Assembly: GCF_009914755.1 (NCBI RefSeq)
Contig: NC_060929.1
From: the human T2T-CHM13v2.0 reference genome, Homo sapiens
Strand: one strand, 5' to 3'
Length of the DNA: 64,000 nt
Shown: in pieces, positions 13,270 to 26,802 of the stretch
Layout of the letters: each line of letters starts with the position of its first letter
How positions within the stretch are numbered: the stretch's first letter is position 1
Program-made: the position numbers and the translations under genes
Notes under the pieces: model-generated
What the model saw: only the letters and a program-made list of their open reading frames with translations
Databases searched by the model: none
Told to the model about the DNA's origin: nothing

Positions 13270-14299
13270 TCAGTCCTGCTGCTGTATCATCTGGTTAGTG
13301 GCTTCTGACTCAGAGGACCTTCGTCCCCTGGGGCAGTGGGCCTTTCAGTGATTCCCTTGACATAAGGGGCATGGAGGAGGGGGTGGCTTGTTTCTATTCG
13401 GACAATCTTTTTTTAAAGTGTCGTTGTAGACCGCACTGGAAGCAAGCCCTATTAGGTATTCAGTTTGCCCAGCCTTTCCCTTTTCCAGAGCCTCCAAAGT
13501 CTGCTTGCCTGAGGGCCATGACTAAAGAGGTGGCTTTTTTTTTTTAATCCCGTTTGTCCCGTTCCACCTGCTCCTCCTGATCTCTATTATAAAAAACCTA
13601 GGTTGCCAAGTTCAGTAGGGTTTCTAAGTTTTACTCTGGGCCTAAGGCGGACTTTTGAAGTTTTTTCTAATGTCTGCAGCTGACTGAGTGATAAACTTAT
13701 CCTTTAAGATTAGTTGGCCTTCAAATAGATTCAGGTGACAGAAAGGTATGCTTCCTCAATGCCTCCCTTAGTCTCTCCAGAAAGGCAGTAGGATTTTCTT
13801 CCTTTCCCTGTGTTATAGCGGACATCATTGAATAATTTATAGTCTTCCTAGTTTTCCTTAGTCCTTCTAGCATGCAAGTTAGCAAATGTCTGTGGCACCA
13901 ATCTCCATGTTCTGATTCTACGTCTCAATGAGGGTCTACACTGGGAACTGCCTGCTGGCCTGTGGGGAATTGTTCTCTTTCTTCTGTTGTCATCCTATCA
14001 TTGACCTGACTGAGATACCAGAGATCGCCAAACTCTCGGGCTGCAGTTATGGTAGCACTTCTCTCATTTGGGGTTAGTGTCTAATTTAGCAGTAACATTA
14101 TATCTCCATGTCAGATCAAAGGATTGTCCTAACCCTTGTAAAACATCAATATAACCATCAGGGTTATCTGAGAATTTACCTAGGTCTATTTTAATTTGCT
14201 TCAGGTCTGAGAGGGAAAAAGGTACATGCACTCTGACTGGGCCGAATTCTCCAGAATACATCTTAGGTGCATTTTTGCCTTGGGGGGGATGTTTCCCAT
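13270..14299 (-). pseudogene. gag: Gammaretroviral HERV-W/ERV9-like gag, internally deleted and frameshifted
   Basis: MGNIPPKAK start; VPFSLSDLKQIKIDLGKFSDNPDGYIDVLQGLGQSFDLTWR capsid motif; CFQCGLQxHFKK and CPLCQGNH zinc knuckles; QD-TGA stop. Confidence 0.88.
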
Positions 14300-15074
14300 C
14301 TGAAAAAAAGAACACAGGGACGCCAGCACCCCTAGTCATTTTCCGATGAGCATTAGTCCTAATGCATCCTCTATGGTCCTAATGCTTTTTCCTTGCCAGG
14401 GTGTATAACCACCCATGGGCCTCTGCTTATTGGATTAGTTACGCTCACCACTGTAGCAGTCCTGCACCTGTTTTCCCACCTTTCTTGACCACAAAGAAAG
14501 GGGTCCAGGCTGCTGGATTCTAGTGGTCCTTTACCAGCGTGCCCAACATTGCCTTTGCGCTCAGAGGTGAGTTCTACAGCTGGGCTGGGTTCCTGAGTAT
14601 TTCATAACAACCCGGCTGCCCCATCAAGATGCATTCCCATAAACAACAGTTCTTACGCAAATTCGTTTCAGAGGGTGTAAGTAACCTTTTGAGTCAGGAT
14701 TGAGATAGTTTTTTGATTCTGTAAGTATTTTAAGTCTTGGCTGAGTGCAAACAGCTCGCATGTTTGAGCGGACCAATTATTAGGCAATTTTCCTAACTCT
14801 GCTTCTACAAGAGCTTCCCTATCAATTACTGAATACCCATTGTGGGTTTTTTGTTTTTTCAGTCACCCAGGAGGAACCATCTATCGTCCTGTCCTGAAGG
14901 GAGTTCCTCCTAGGTCTGGTCGGACCTTTGTATGGTAATTAAGATTTAAATCCCTCGGTAGGAAACCTGCTGGGTTAAGGGAATTTTCAGTGGTTAATGT
15001 TAAATCACCTTTTTCTAACAGAATAGCCCCAAATTACTCAAAAATTTAAGATTTTTGAGTAAGCTACCTTTTTG

Positions 15075-15077
<3 letters not shown>

Positions 15078-15113
<36 letters not shown>
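15078..15113. repeat. (TA)n microsatellite inside the provirus
   Basis: Direct reading. Confidence 0.95.
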
Positions 15114-15117
<4 letters not shown>

Positions 15118-15459
15118 TAGCTCTGAACTGGTGAGGTGTGCTCACAATGAGGTTTCCTCTAAAGGTTATTTTTCTATCTTCTGCTAGCCAAGCAGTTGCC
15201 ACTACCAATGGAATGCATTTGGGCCATCCGCAGGTTACTGAGTTAAGGATTTTTGATAGGAAGGCTACGGGTTGTCAGTGGTTTCAGTGCTTTTAGGCTA
15301 TGCTCTTGTTTACACTGACAACAAGGTAGTATTGGAGTGTTATAGGGTCACGGAGAAGACCTTCAATTATACGTTTTAAATTTACCCTGGCTTTTAAAGG
15401 AATAGGGTACACTTTTTTCTTTAACTACTTGTATATGTCTGTCTTTCTCCTTTGTAGAT

Positions 15460-16105
15460 GGATTTTAGAAACACAGCGGAGGGACGTTTGCTGTCCTCCC
15501 TTGCTGGATTATAGTTATGGGAAATTGCCATGCTTCAGGGTCTCCCTTGGCTCTAGCCTTTTGAATAGAATTTTGTATAGCACCACCAATTGCTCCAGGT
15601 TTTAGTGCTGCAACTACAGGAGCAGTAAGTTTTGTAGCTAAGTCATCTTCTTGCCCATTAAGGGGAGAGAGAGGAGGTGGCCTTCACTTAATTCAGCAGG
15701 TGGAGCCGAAGGGCTAGTAAAACATACTTTTTCCAGTTTCCCTTTAATTTCCTGTTTCCTGTTCCTCACATTCAGAATCTGTAGTTTTTTACACTCGTCC
15801 TCTTCCTTATCTGAATCTGCCTCATCTGTTTGAAATGGCTCAAGAGCTGCTTTTATTGGCGCCCACATTGACCAAACCGAGACTGGAATTTTTGCTCCAT
15901 CTTTATACGTTTTTTTAAATCTCTGCCAATTCTCTTCCATTCCTCCAACTGCATAGTCCCTTGTTCCGGGAACCACAGGCAAAACCGCTTTACTGCACTA
16001 AGGAGTGAGTGATAAATTCTGAGTACTATCTTTCACTCCCCCTCTTCGTAATAAATGCCTTAAGAAATTTAAATAAGCAGAATGTCTGCTTTCACTTTGT
16101 CCCAT
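15460..16105 (-). pseudogene. gag: Betaretroviral (HERV-K/HML) gag 5' fragment, matrix region
   Basis: ATG at 16105 gives MGQSESRHSAYLNFLRHLLRRGGVKDSTQNL, then frameshifts; EQGT-like and ARAKGDPEAWQFP motifs resemble HML Gag. Confidence 0.85.
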
Positions 16106-16211
16106 TGTTACCCTGGTTCTTCTGAGTTCTCAGCTTTCCTGCCGAGCTTCTTTTAGACGTTCTCTACTTTCACACATTCTGGCATTCGTTCCTTCACCCG
16201 CGGTCTTTGTC

Positions 16212-16230
16212 GCCCCACGTTGAGCAGCCA
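16212..16230 (-). promoter_or_regulatory. Degenerate tRNA-Lys-type primer binding site
   Basis: tggctgctcaacgtggggc, close to the HERV-K PBS TGGCGCCCAACGTGGGGC, 4 nt from the 5' LTR. Confidence 0.8.
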
Positions 16231-16234
16231 GGAA

Positions 16235-16969
<735 letters not shown>

Positions 16970-17019
16970 TTATGATTAGCAAATGAAGACATCCTGGAGA
17001 AGTATCTCTCTCCAATGTG

Positions 17020-17021
<2 letters not shown>

Positions 17022-17056
<35 letters not shown>
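17022..17056. repeat. (TG)n microsatellite
   Basis: Direct reading. Confidence 0.95.
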
Positions 17057-17059
<3 letters not shown>

Positions 17060-17183
17060 CACACCCTCAAAAAGGTATGTGGCAGCACTATGACAATAAA
17101 TTGCTTACAACCTGCACATCTTTGATGAGATTGGTTAATATATATATCTACCATTGGTATATAAGATGTGCATTACTATGTAG

Positions 17184-17780
<597 letters not shown>

Positions 17781-17849
17781 CATTTTTCAAATGTTTGATA
17801 ATACATATGTAATATTTAATATTTATATAAGAAACACTCCCAGATACCT

Positions 17850-18122
17850 GAAGCGTTCACTTCCTCTCCTCTTTCCCATCTTAAATAATACCCTTTTAGG
17901 GAGAACTCCTCAAACACCTCATTGAAAACTGCACCCACAAGTTCCTGCTTTATTTCTTGCCATTGGGCTCTTGGTCTGTTGTGGGTATACCTGCACTAGC
18001 ACCCAAGCTCCTCAAGGACCAGGGGTTTTGTTTGTTCTGTTCACTGCTATAGCCCCAAAGGCTAGAACAGTGTCTGATACATAGGAAGCACTCACTATAT
18101 ATTTGCTGAAATGATGAATGAA
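17850..18122 (-). mobile_element. L2 3' end
   Basis: tgttcactgctatagcccca..ctagaacagtgtctgatacataggaagcactca..atttgctgaaatgatgaatgaa. Confidence 0.75.
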
Positions 18123-18129
18123 ACAGATT

Positions 18130-19065
18130 TGTTTTACAAAGAAGTTTTGCCTTTATTAATAAGAAACCAGTGATGTTTAGTTTGGAATAACTTTTTTTAA
18201 AATGTTATGTCTTTGAATGTCATGTTAGCCTTTTACTGCAGGGCCCACTTAGAGAGGCTGATAAAAGCTATAAACCCTCCTCCTTCCTGCTCCCCATGCC
18301 CTCTCAAATCTCAAACACACACAGAAAATTGAATATAGTATTGGGAGGTTTTTGACTTCCTTGAAGTCTGTTCATTAACTTCTTAAAGGTTCCACTAACC
18401 CCAGGGTGAGAGCACTTGGTTTAAAGTGTGGCCTGGCTTAGAATCATGATTTCTCTCCTATTCTAATGATTCAAAGAATCTGTATGACTTGAATATCAGT
18501 CTTTCCCCTTCTCCCATTAGCCAATTAATTGTTAAACGGATTCCTTCTACAAAACACTCACTGCTTAGAGAGAGGTAAGTTCAATATTTGCAGCTGATAA
18601 CTTGATGAACAGCCACCGGATGAAAGCTGAACAATCTACTTAAAAATCCAGAGATTTGAAAAAGGATAGATGTTACTAGAGCACAGTCAAAATGTCTAGT
18701 AAAGTCAATTTTTTACTTGTCAATTGAAAGTCTAGGGTCACAATCTGGGACACAGATGGAAAAACAGGATCTATTCCACATAGAATATGCTTCTTGAATT
18801 TTATTATTTAAAGAGCAAAATAAAAGGAAGTAATGCACATTCACCAAAGTCAAGTTTTCCGTTAAATAGAAGAAAAATCTAATACTTTGTAATAAAGACC
18901 ATCCAGCTAAAAACAGATCATTAAAACAACAATAGCGATTTGACTCTGTATTTTATTTCAATGAGCACACTTCATTCATTGTCTGCAGGAAAACTAGGCT
19001 AGGTCTCAATAGACAACAGTCACAGTTACTGAGCAAGTAAATACTCCACACTTGCATGCCCTCCT
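18130..19065 (-). other. DROSHA: DROSHA 3' UTR (distal end approximate)
   Basis: Non-repetitive sequence after the stop codon; AATAAA hexamers at 18952-18957, 18800-18805 and 18152-18157; an L2-like repeat starts just beyond. Confidence 0.75.
18152..18157 (-). terminator. Distal AATAAA polyadenylation signal candidate
   Basis: Plus-strand tttatt at the end of the unique UTR sequence. Confidence 0.7.
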
Positions 19066-19196
19066 TTATTTCTTGATGTCTTCAGTCTCATCTGGCTCTC
19101 TCTCTTGATGCTCTCTTTCCCACCTCATTTCTTTTAACTCTTGTCTGTACTTCCGTTCGATGAACCGCTTCTGATGGGCCATCTGGGGAAAATTAT
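19066..19196 (-). CDS. DROSHA: DROSHA terminal exon, coding part (Y)NFPQMAHQKRFIERKYRQELKEMRWEREHQEREPDETEDIKK-stop
   Basis: ttccttgtgtcag acceptor; TAA at 19068-19066; matches recalled Drosha C-terminus. Confidence 0.97.
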
Positions 19197-19928
19197 CTGA
19201 CACAAGGAAATATATTTTATATTTAATAAAATTATATTTAATAATCTAGTGCAAAGAATAATGCAACTAAACATATACACATACAAATATACGTGCATAT
19301 GAAATGTGTATAATTGTATTTTATAAGGCACAAGATAGAAAACTGTTTTCTTCCCTTATTCTTTCATCACTCAAAAACATAATGGAAGTCTGGATGAGTG
19401 CCCCTGATTGTAAATTTCAGTATCTGATGTGAACTTGGGTATAGCAGGCACCGAACATACAGAAATGCCAAAACACAGACGTGTGGCTTGGGAATGTTAC
19501 CAAGCAGGTGCTTTAGCATCACTCTCCTAGCAACAGGTGACTTTCTGGGAGAGATGAAAGGATACAGTAAAATGGAGTCACAGTTTTTGAAAAGCTCAAA
19601 CTAAAAACTTCAAACAAATGATATTATCACACCATTATTTACCAAGAATTAAAGATTCAGAAAAGAGCAAAGAAAGATCAGGTGGACAAAAAGGGGCCAC
19701 GTTCCAAGTCATTATGTCTGATAATTAATTTTTAGGTTTATGATGACAGGCCCAAAGCTGTATTTGCAAAAGTAACTCAAGTAGAAAACTTATTGGGTTA
19801 AAGCGGACACATAACCTCATGTTTCAAACACATGAAGAATCCAAGATGTGGGCGAGCATGGCATGCTTGGGGGCAAGTTCATTTGTTTGCTTTAAGGACA
19901 ATGCGTAGTGAAGTGGATCTACATATAC

Positions 19929-20277
19929 AGCAGGCCCCTCATCAGTGATCTCGCTCTCCATGGTTTCATTTACACATGATCAACCATGGGCCAAAAATAG
20001 GCGAGTAATGTACAATAACATTCTGAAAGACAGAGAGAGAAGGCACAGCATACAATCAAGAGTACATTCACACAACTTTCATTATAGTATATTATTGTTC
20101 AATTTTATTTAATTATTGTTAATCTTTTTCTGTGCCTGATTTGTAAATTAAATTTCCTCTTTCAATTAAATTTTGCATGTGTAGGAAAAAATATAGTCTA
20201 TATAATGTTCAGTTTTATCTGCAGCTTTAGGCATCCACTGGGGTCAGGTACCCCCATGGATAAGGGGAGATGACCAT
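19929..20277. mobile_element. MER44/Tigger7-like DNA transposon (short form)
   Basis: catggtttca..caaccatgggccaaaaata; attgttaatctt..tgtgtaggaaaaaatatagt; catggataagggg end; similar to 56836-57440. Confidence 0.7.
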
Positions 20278-20427
20278 ATAATAGATCCTAAATTCTTTTT
20301 TCCCTCTTAATTATATAGTATACCATCCTTACACCAGGTTGAAGAAGGGACAGGGTGGTAGGAAAAGCATCTGAAAGACAGGTGGGGAATCAGCAAAGAC
20401 CTGGTATGTCTGGGGGTCAGAGATTGA

Positions 20428-20709
20428 TTTTATTTATTTATTATTTATTTATTTATTTAGAGATGGAATCTCGCTGGAGCGCAGTCCCTCAGCTCACTGC
20501 AGCCTCCACCTCCCAGGTTCAAGCAATTCTCTGCCTCTGCCTCCCAAGTAGCTGGGATTACAGGCGTGTGCCACCACAACCGGCTAATTTTTGTATTTTT
20601 AGTCGAGATGGGGTTTCGCCATGCTGGCCAGGCTGGTCTCAAACTCCTGGCCTCCTGCCTCGGCCTCCCAAAGTGCTGGGATTAAAGGCATGAGCCACCA
20701 TGCCCGGCC
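20428..20709 (-). mobile_element. Alu (S-like) with small deletions
   Basis: TSD cagagattgatttta. Confidence 0.93.
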
Positions 20710-21240
20710 CAGAGATTGATTTTAAACAAAAAAAGAACATGACATCTGTATTTTGGAAATAAAACAGTAATAAAATCCTATTCCTGAACTGATCAAATTG
20801 ATTCCTTATGTAGGTTTCAAATATAACTACTTTTTTCAAAAATAAACAAACCCCACTAAGCTGTAAAGCAAGTTTCTACAAAATGAACTCTATTTCCGGA
20901 ATAAACTCTACTGTAAAATCAAATTTGCATTTGAAAAACAAAATTCACATTTAACTATTGATAAAACTTTAAAAATATATCCTTATAGCCCTTTTCCTAT
21001 GAAGTTGTACTACATATATATGCAATGTAAATGTGTATATACATACATATATACATATATATATACACACACACACATACACCTAGACACTTGAACATTT
21101 AAAATCATTACTCATTGGGAAAGTACAATATAGGTATGTATTCATGGGTATACTTTTTTTCACTTATTCTAGTATAAGCATTTTCCCATATCATTAGTTT
21201 TTAAAACCATTACTGTAATGCATACAACATTTGGGTATAG

Positions 21241-21473
21241 CAAGGGTTGGTAAACTACTATCCACAGGCCAAATACAGCTATCTATCTGTTTTTATAAAT
21301 TTTTATTGGCAGACAGACACACCCATTAAATAGACACATCCATTAGTTTGCACACTATCCAGGCCAGTGGGCTGCAATGGCAGAGTTGGAGAATTGCGAC
21401 AGAGATTATATGGTCTGGGAAGTCTAAAATGCCTACTATCCGGCCCTTTACAGCAAATGTTTCCTAACCCCTG
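21241..21473. mobile_element. MER58A-like hAT element
   Basis: caagggttggtaaacta ... tttcctaacccctg termini. Confidence 0.8.
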
Positions 21474-21574
21474 GGATATACCACAATTTATTAAACATTT
21501 TCCTACTCTAAAACACATAGGTTTTTTTTATCTGCTACTATAAATCAAGTTGTCATGATTCTCATGGTATAAAC

Positions 21575-21745
21575 TTTTTTTGGCGGGGAGGGGAAGAGAC
21601 AGGCTGGAGTGCAGTGGCATGACCATAGCTCACTGCAGCCTCGAACCCCTGGGCTCAAGTGATCCTCTGGCCTCAGCCTTCCAAGTAGCTAGCACTATAA
21701 GTGCATGCCACCAAGCCTGGCTAATTTTTTTTTTTTTTTTAATTT
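21575..21745 (-). mobile_element. Partial Alu (right arm)
   Basis: aggctggagtgcagtggcatgaccatagctcactgcagcc. Confidence 0.85.
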
Positions 21746-22693
21746 TTTGTCTTCCAACTTGGCCTACCAAGGGTATGAACTTCTTTAAGGAACTGCTACA
21801 TACTGCCAAATTGCTTTCCAGTAGTTTAAACAACTCACTCCTACCAGTATGGATATGCAGGCCTGTCTCAGAATAGGTGATCTCTCCAGTACTGTTTTAT
21901 AGTTGAAAACAAACAAAAAATGGAATCTCACTTTTATTTCACTCTGATTGCAAATTTATATGTACAATGGATGAAGTTCCTAATAGCCAGCTTAAAACTC
22001 TCAGTGAAGAATCCATGGATGCTGGACCCTGGCAGCATCAGCGTCTGCTCCCACTAAACTCCCTGCCCCTGAACAGGAAACTTTGCTGATTTCCACTTGG
22101 CTGTTGGCCTGCTTGCCTTTCCTGGAATCTCTCCCATGCCTGAGGATTCTGGGCCTCTTCACTTTTAGCTTCCCGCATTTTGCTGTCTCCTACCTCATTT
22201 AGCAGGGTACTTGAAGCATAATAGAATTGCACTGTCATGTTGCGCCCACAGGTTCTGCTGTGCAGCACAACAGACCTCAGAAGAAAAATCCCTTGCACGT
22301 AAGCCTTCAGTTTACAAAAGACTATGCAGTTTCCTACAAGGTCAATCATGTAATTGAAGTTTCTTCAACCCACGCATCCCACTCCTGGGAACCTATTCCA
22401 CAGAACTAAAAAGCACCAATATATAACATTTATTGGTGATAATGATTTAAAAAAAAATGTCCACCAATAATAAAAAGGCTGAATAAAATATTGCACACCT
22501 ACAGCAGGAAATATTATGCAGCCACTAAGAATGAATTGGAGCTGTTTTCTATAATCTGCAGGGCTGCTCATGATACATTATTGAGCAAAAAAAGGTACAG
22601 AGAAGTATGTAATAACAGCCCATTTAATAAAACAATGGCCAAAACAAAAAACAGAAAACCTTCACACGTATACTTTTCTGTTACAAGATTTTA

Positions 22694-23035
<342 letters not shown>

Positions 23036-23317
23036 AAAACACAGCAGGCAGTTCACACAGGTCACCCGCGCTGAGATTAGGACTCTAAGCAAAAAAGGAA
23101 ACTGCAAATCAAAAAGCACTCAGGAATACTTTTATTTTTAAATATAAGCCCATTTTAGAATGTCTCACATTCTACTATATTCTCTGTGTAAAGAATAATT
23201 CTGAAGAAAACAAGATCACATTTTATCAATACTTACCATTTTTCTCCTTCCTCATTTCCTTTCCATAAAACACTCATTACATTATGAACATAATTATAGA
23301 AAAAAAAACAGGCTTAC

Positions 23318-23364
23318 ATTTTTCAAGCGCATCCATTGCTGCTCCCATTTCCGCTTGCTGAATA
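23318..23364 (-). CDS. DROSHA: DROSHA penultimate coding exon (S)IQQAEMGAAMDALEK(Y), end of dsRBD
   Basis: 47 nt; tttaatag / gtaagc. Confidence 0.96.
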
Positions 23365-23867
23365 CTATTAAATAAAATAAAGTAAGACATACTTTAATTT
23401 CAAGATTCTTTTTTTTTTTTTTTTTTTTTTTTTTCAAAAAATGCAAGGTATGGCTACAAATCTTTCAGGCTGATTTTCACGTTCAGTGCATAAAATCTCC
23501 TCTGATTACTTACAGTGTCACACACTGAATTGCACAGATAGGAATATACACAAGAGCATGCAGAAATGTCATTGATTTGCACAAAGCCTACTTAAGTTAT
23601 TCACTCCACACTTTAATACTGCAATAAAATGCCTTCCATTTATGTTAGGTCTGAAGTATTTCATACTTAAGTTTGAATACCCTCACTGTAAAGTTTAAAG
23701 AGGAAAAGAATAAAAAAAAATACAGACAGGTTTCAAATCATTTCTCAGTTTAAGATACAGACTGGAGAGTTCAAAGAAAGGTGATAATATACATAATTCT
23801 TTTCACCTAAAGATGCTAGCGTTTCCATACAGCTCAGGTGAGTAGTAGTAAATCGAATGTCTAACAG

Positions 23868-24150
23868 AGCTGGACACAGTGAACTCATACCTAAAATCCC
23901 AGCACTTTGGGAGGCTGAGGGGGGGTTGGGACCACTTGAGGTCAGAAGTTCGAGACCAGCTTGGCCAACATGGTAAAACCCTGTCTCTACTAAAAACACA
24001 AAAATTAGCAGGCATGGTGGCACATGCCTGTAATACTAGCTTCTCGAGTAGCCAAGGCACAATTAGAGGTTGCAGTGAATGGAGATCATGCCACTGTACC
24101 CCAGACTAGGTGACAAAGTGAGACTCTGTCTCCAAAAAAAAAAATAAATA
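23868..24150 (+). mobile_element. Diverged Alu
   Basis: Alu consensus match with many substitutions and a deletion. Confidence 0.9.
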
Positions 24151-24495
24151 AAAGTCTAATGGTCGTGTCATGTGCGACATGACACATCTTACACGCACAG
24201 CTTGCATCAAAGTGTGCTCTGGGTAACTAAAACTAGGCAGACCTTCTTGCCAGGTAATATGGTTTTCTCAAGATAGCTAAAGCCCCCTTACACAATGGTA
24301 TTCCCATGGTCCAGGGCTCGGCTTTGAGACAATTAATGTGGGGACATTAATTCCTGGAATTCACTTTGCTACTACTCTTGAACATTTTATTCTCTGAGTT
24401 AAAAAAGACAGATGACTGAGTTTGGAGATAGCAGCTAGGGAATTAGACACACAGGATGTTCATTCAAAGCAATTCCAGGTATTCTCTTCTCATAC

Positions 24496-24588
24496 CTTGG
24501 TCCTTTCCCACAGCCTATTCTTTCTCCCTTGAAATAAACAGCCACAGTGTAGGTTCGGGCATGGGATGGGCCCACTGTCTGCAGAGTC
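24496..24588 (-). CDS. DROSHA: DROSHA coding exon (K)TLQTVGPSHARTYTVAVYFKGERIGCGKGP(S), dsRBD
   Basis: 93 nt; ttccctttcag / gtatga; GPxH dsRBD loop. Confidence 0.97.
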
Positions 24589-26698
24589 CTGAAAGGGAAA
24601 GGAAAGAACATTTATTATGGTAAAGTGTTATTTGTCATGGTTACTATGTAACTATGAGGAAAACCATGTACTTACTGCCTAGACAGAGTTAAGTAAAATA
24701 ACAGGAAATGTGAAAATGGCAGAAAGGTAAAAAGAGTTAAGTTTTTGATTTGCTAATCCGACAAATATCGAGAGCATTTGAAATAGAAATTTTTAAAAAT
24801 TCTGCATTGTATTTTAATATTTCTTCCCAAAGTAATATAAATAACATCAAAAGGCTAACAGTGAAGTGTAAAATATTTTCAAAGAATTTCTAAGTGTGCA
24901 TATTCACAAACTTTTATCATGAAAAGTTAAGAGCTCCTGTCTATTGGTTTTCAGTGCTAATCACAGCCTAAAACAATAAATATTGGGGTAATACACTTCA
25001 AGCCACATCTGAATGCTTTCACATCCTTTATGGATTCTTTCTAATGTCTGTATCTTATCTAAAAGATCAGAAAATGTATTTAATTTCTGAAACATCTGAG
25101 ATCACTTGAAAGGTACGCTATAATGCCAAGTACACAACACAATCGCCAAAAAAACAAAGCTCCAGGTACTTGGGATTTTAATGACATGGTGCAGATTTCA
25201 AATGCAGTAAAACTAATAACTTCATGGAAAAGGGAAATTAAAAGTAGCCAACAAAGATAATGGAATGAACATAGTAATCTTAAAAAAAACCATGTAAAAC
25301 AACCCCATGATCTTGATAAAATGAGCAAACTCATCTTGTACTTTCATTTGGGGGATTTATGAGAAGGGAGCATAGCAATTTCCTTTGTGTTCGTACGCTC
25401 CATGGGATGAATGTGCACGAGTGGCTTCTTGAAGGTAGTACTATTACAGTAATCATGCCTGTGCTATGGAAAGTTTAGCATCCTCATTTTATTTATTGAA
25501 CCTTAATTATCACTCTGATGAGGAAATGCTATGAGCCTTTCATAGAATATAGTTTGGATATTCATTATGCTTATTAGGCACATAATAAAGTGCTATTTCT
25601 AAACATTTGGGGCTTTTTTCCCCCAATAAATAAAGGAAATATGGTTTAGCAGTGACAACTTCTTGGTGTAATTTATAGTAGCTTGCTGTGGGGTGACTCA
25701 ACCTCTTCTTCTGGCCTTAGTTTCTCTTTAGCAAAAAGGCCTATAAAGTGTTGTGACTGTTAAATAAAAACATGCGAAAGGATTGAAAATTCCCAACTGC
25801 CAGTCTAATGTTTTTCCTTGTGTATTTTGAAATTTGAGAAAGTCCAAAGGGGAGCTTTTACTCCATACAGAACACACACACAGATGTGTGTGCTTGCAAC
25901 CGTGTATGCATCCACATGGGGTGAAACAGTTTTGAAACAATCTTTAAACATCCTTAAAATCATGTACCCAGACAATACCTTGAGATGCAACCCACCTATT
26001 TCAATAATCCTTTCATTTTATAATTCCACTTTGAAAGCATCTTCTTAATCAACCTATGTGTGTCTCAAGATAATTACTCTACTTCAGAGCTGAACCTCCT
26101 GTTTTCATCAAAACGGGTATTAAGTGGTGTAGTGACCCATTACTCACCTACATTCCTTTTTAATGACTTTTGGCTACCACTCAAAGGATAAAGATATTCA
26201 AAGTACGTGATGGCTTTTGACACACATTCTGAGAAGAAAAGTTCCAAGTTGAAGCCAATAGGGGTTCAGGGAAAGTGCAGAGAGGTACCCAAATATCGCT
26301 ACAAATAATCATACATGATCTTCTCATCTGGATGCACAGCCCAGCAGAAGTTACAAGCAAGAAGACAAATATAAAAATGTATATAAAAACCACTGAATCC
26401 AAATTTTCTTTTTAATCTCATAATCTTAGTTGGTCTCCCTCCCAGGCAGTAGTTCACAGAGATTTTTAGAAATGGGAGAGAACATTGAGATAATGGAGTG
26501 GGACCCACTTATTACAGCTAAGAGTGAGAGCCCCAGTGAGTTTCCCTGTGGGGCCCAAAGTCACACTAACAGCCAAGAAGTCTCAATCCTGGGCTCCTGT
26601 CATGATCACCCCACAATGACTCATTCTTCAAGGCACATGGAAAGTCAATTCTAGGCATGCTGGATCCAACCAATGGCCTGCAGGCAACAAGTACTTAC

Positions 26699-26802
26699 TT
26701 GTACAGAGGAATGTCTGGCTCTTTTCCTTCTGTCCTAAGTGTCAAGCAACACTGCTGAAGCTGGGATTTGGGGTCATTCCAATCCTGGTTCAAAATGAAC
26801 TC
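26699..26802 (-). CDS. DROSHA: DROSHA coding exon EFILNQDWNDPKSQLQQCCLTLRTEGKEPDIPLY(K), start of dsRBD
   Basis: 104 nt; ttccacag / gtaagt; dsRBD motif DPKSQLQQ. Confidence 0.97.

Noticed and set aside
23409-23434. T26 run (A26 in the sense strand) as a retro-insertion or true poly(A) site
   Set aside because: No element body or convincing TSD; mainly a likely internal-priming artefact in 3' sequencing
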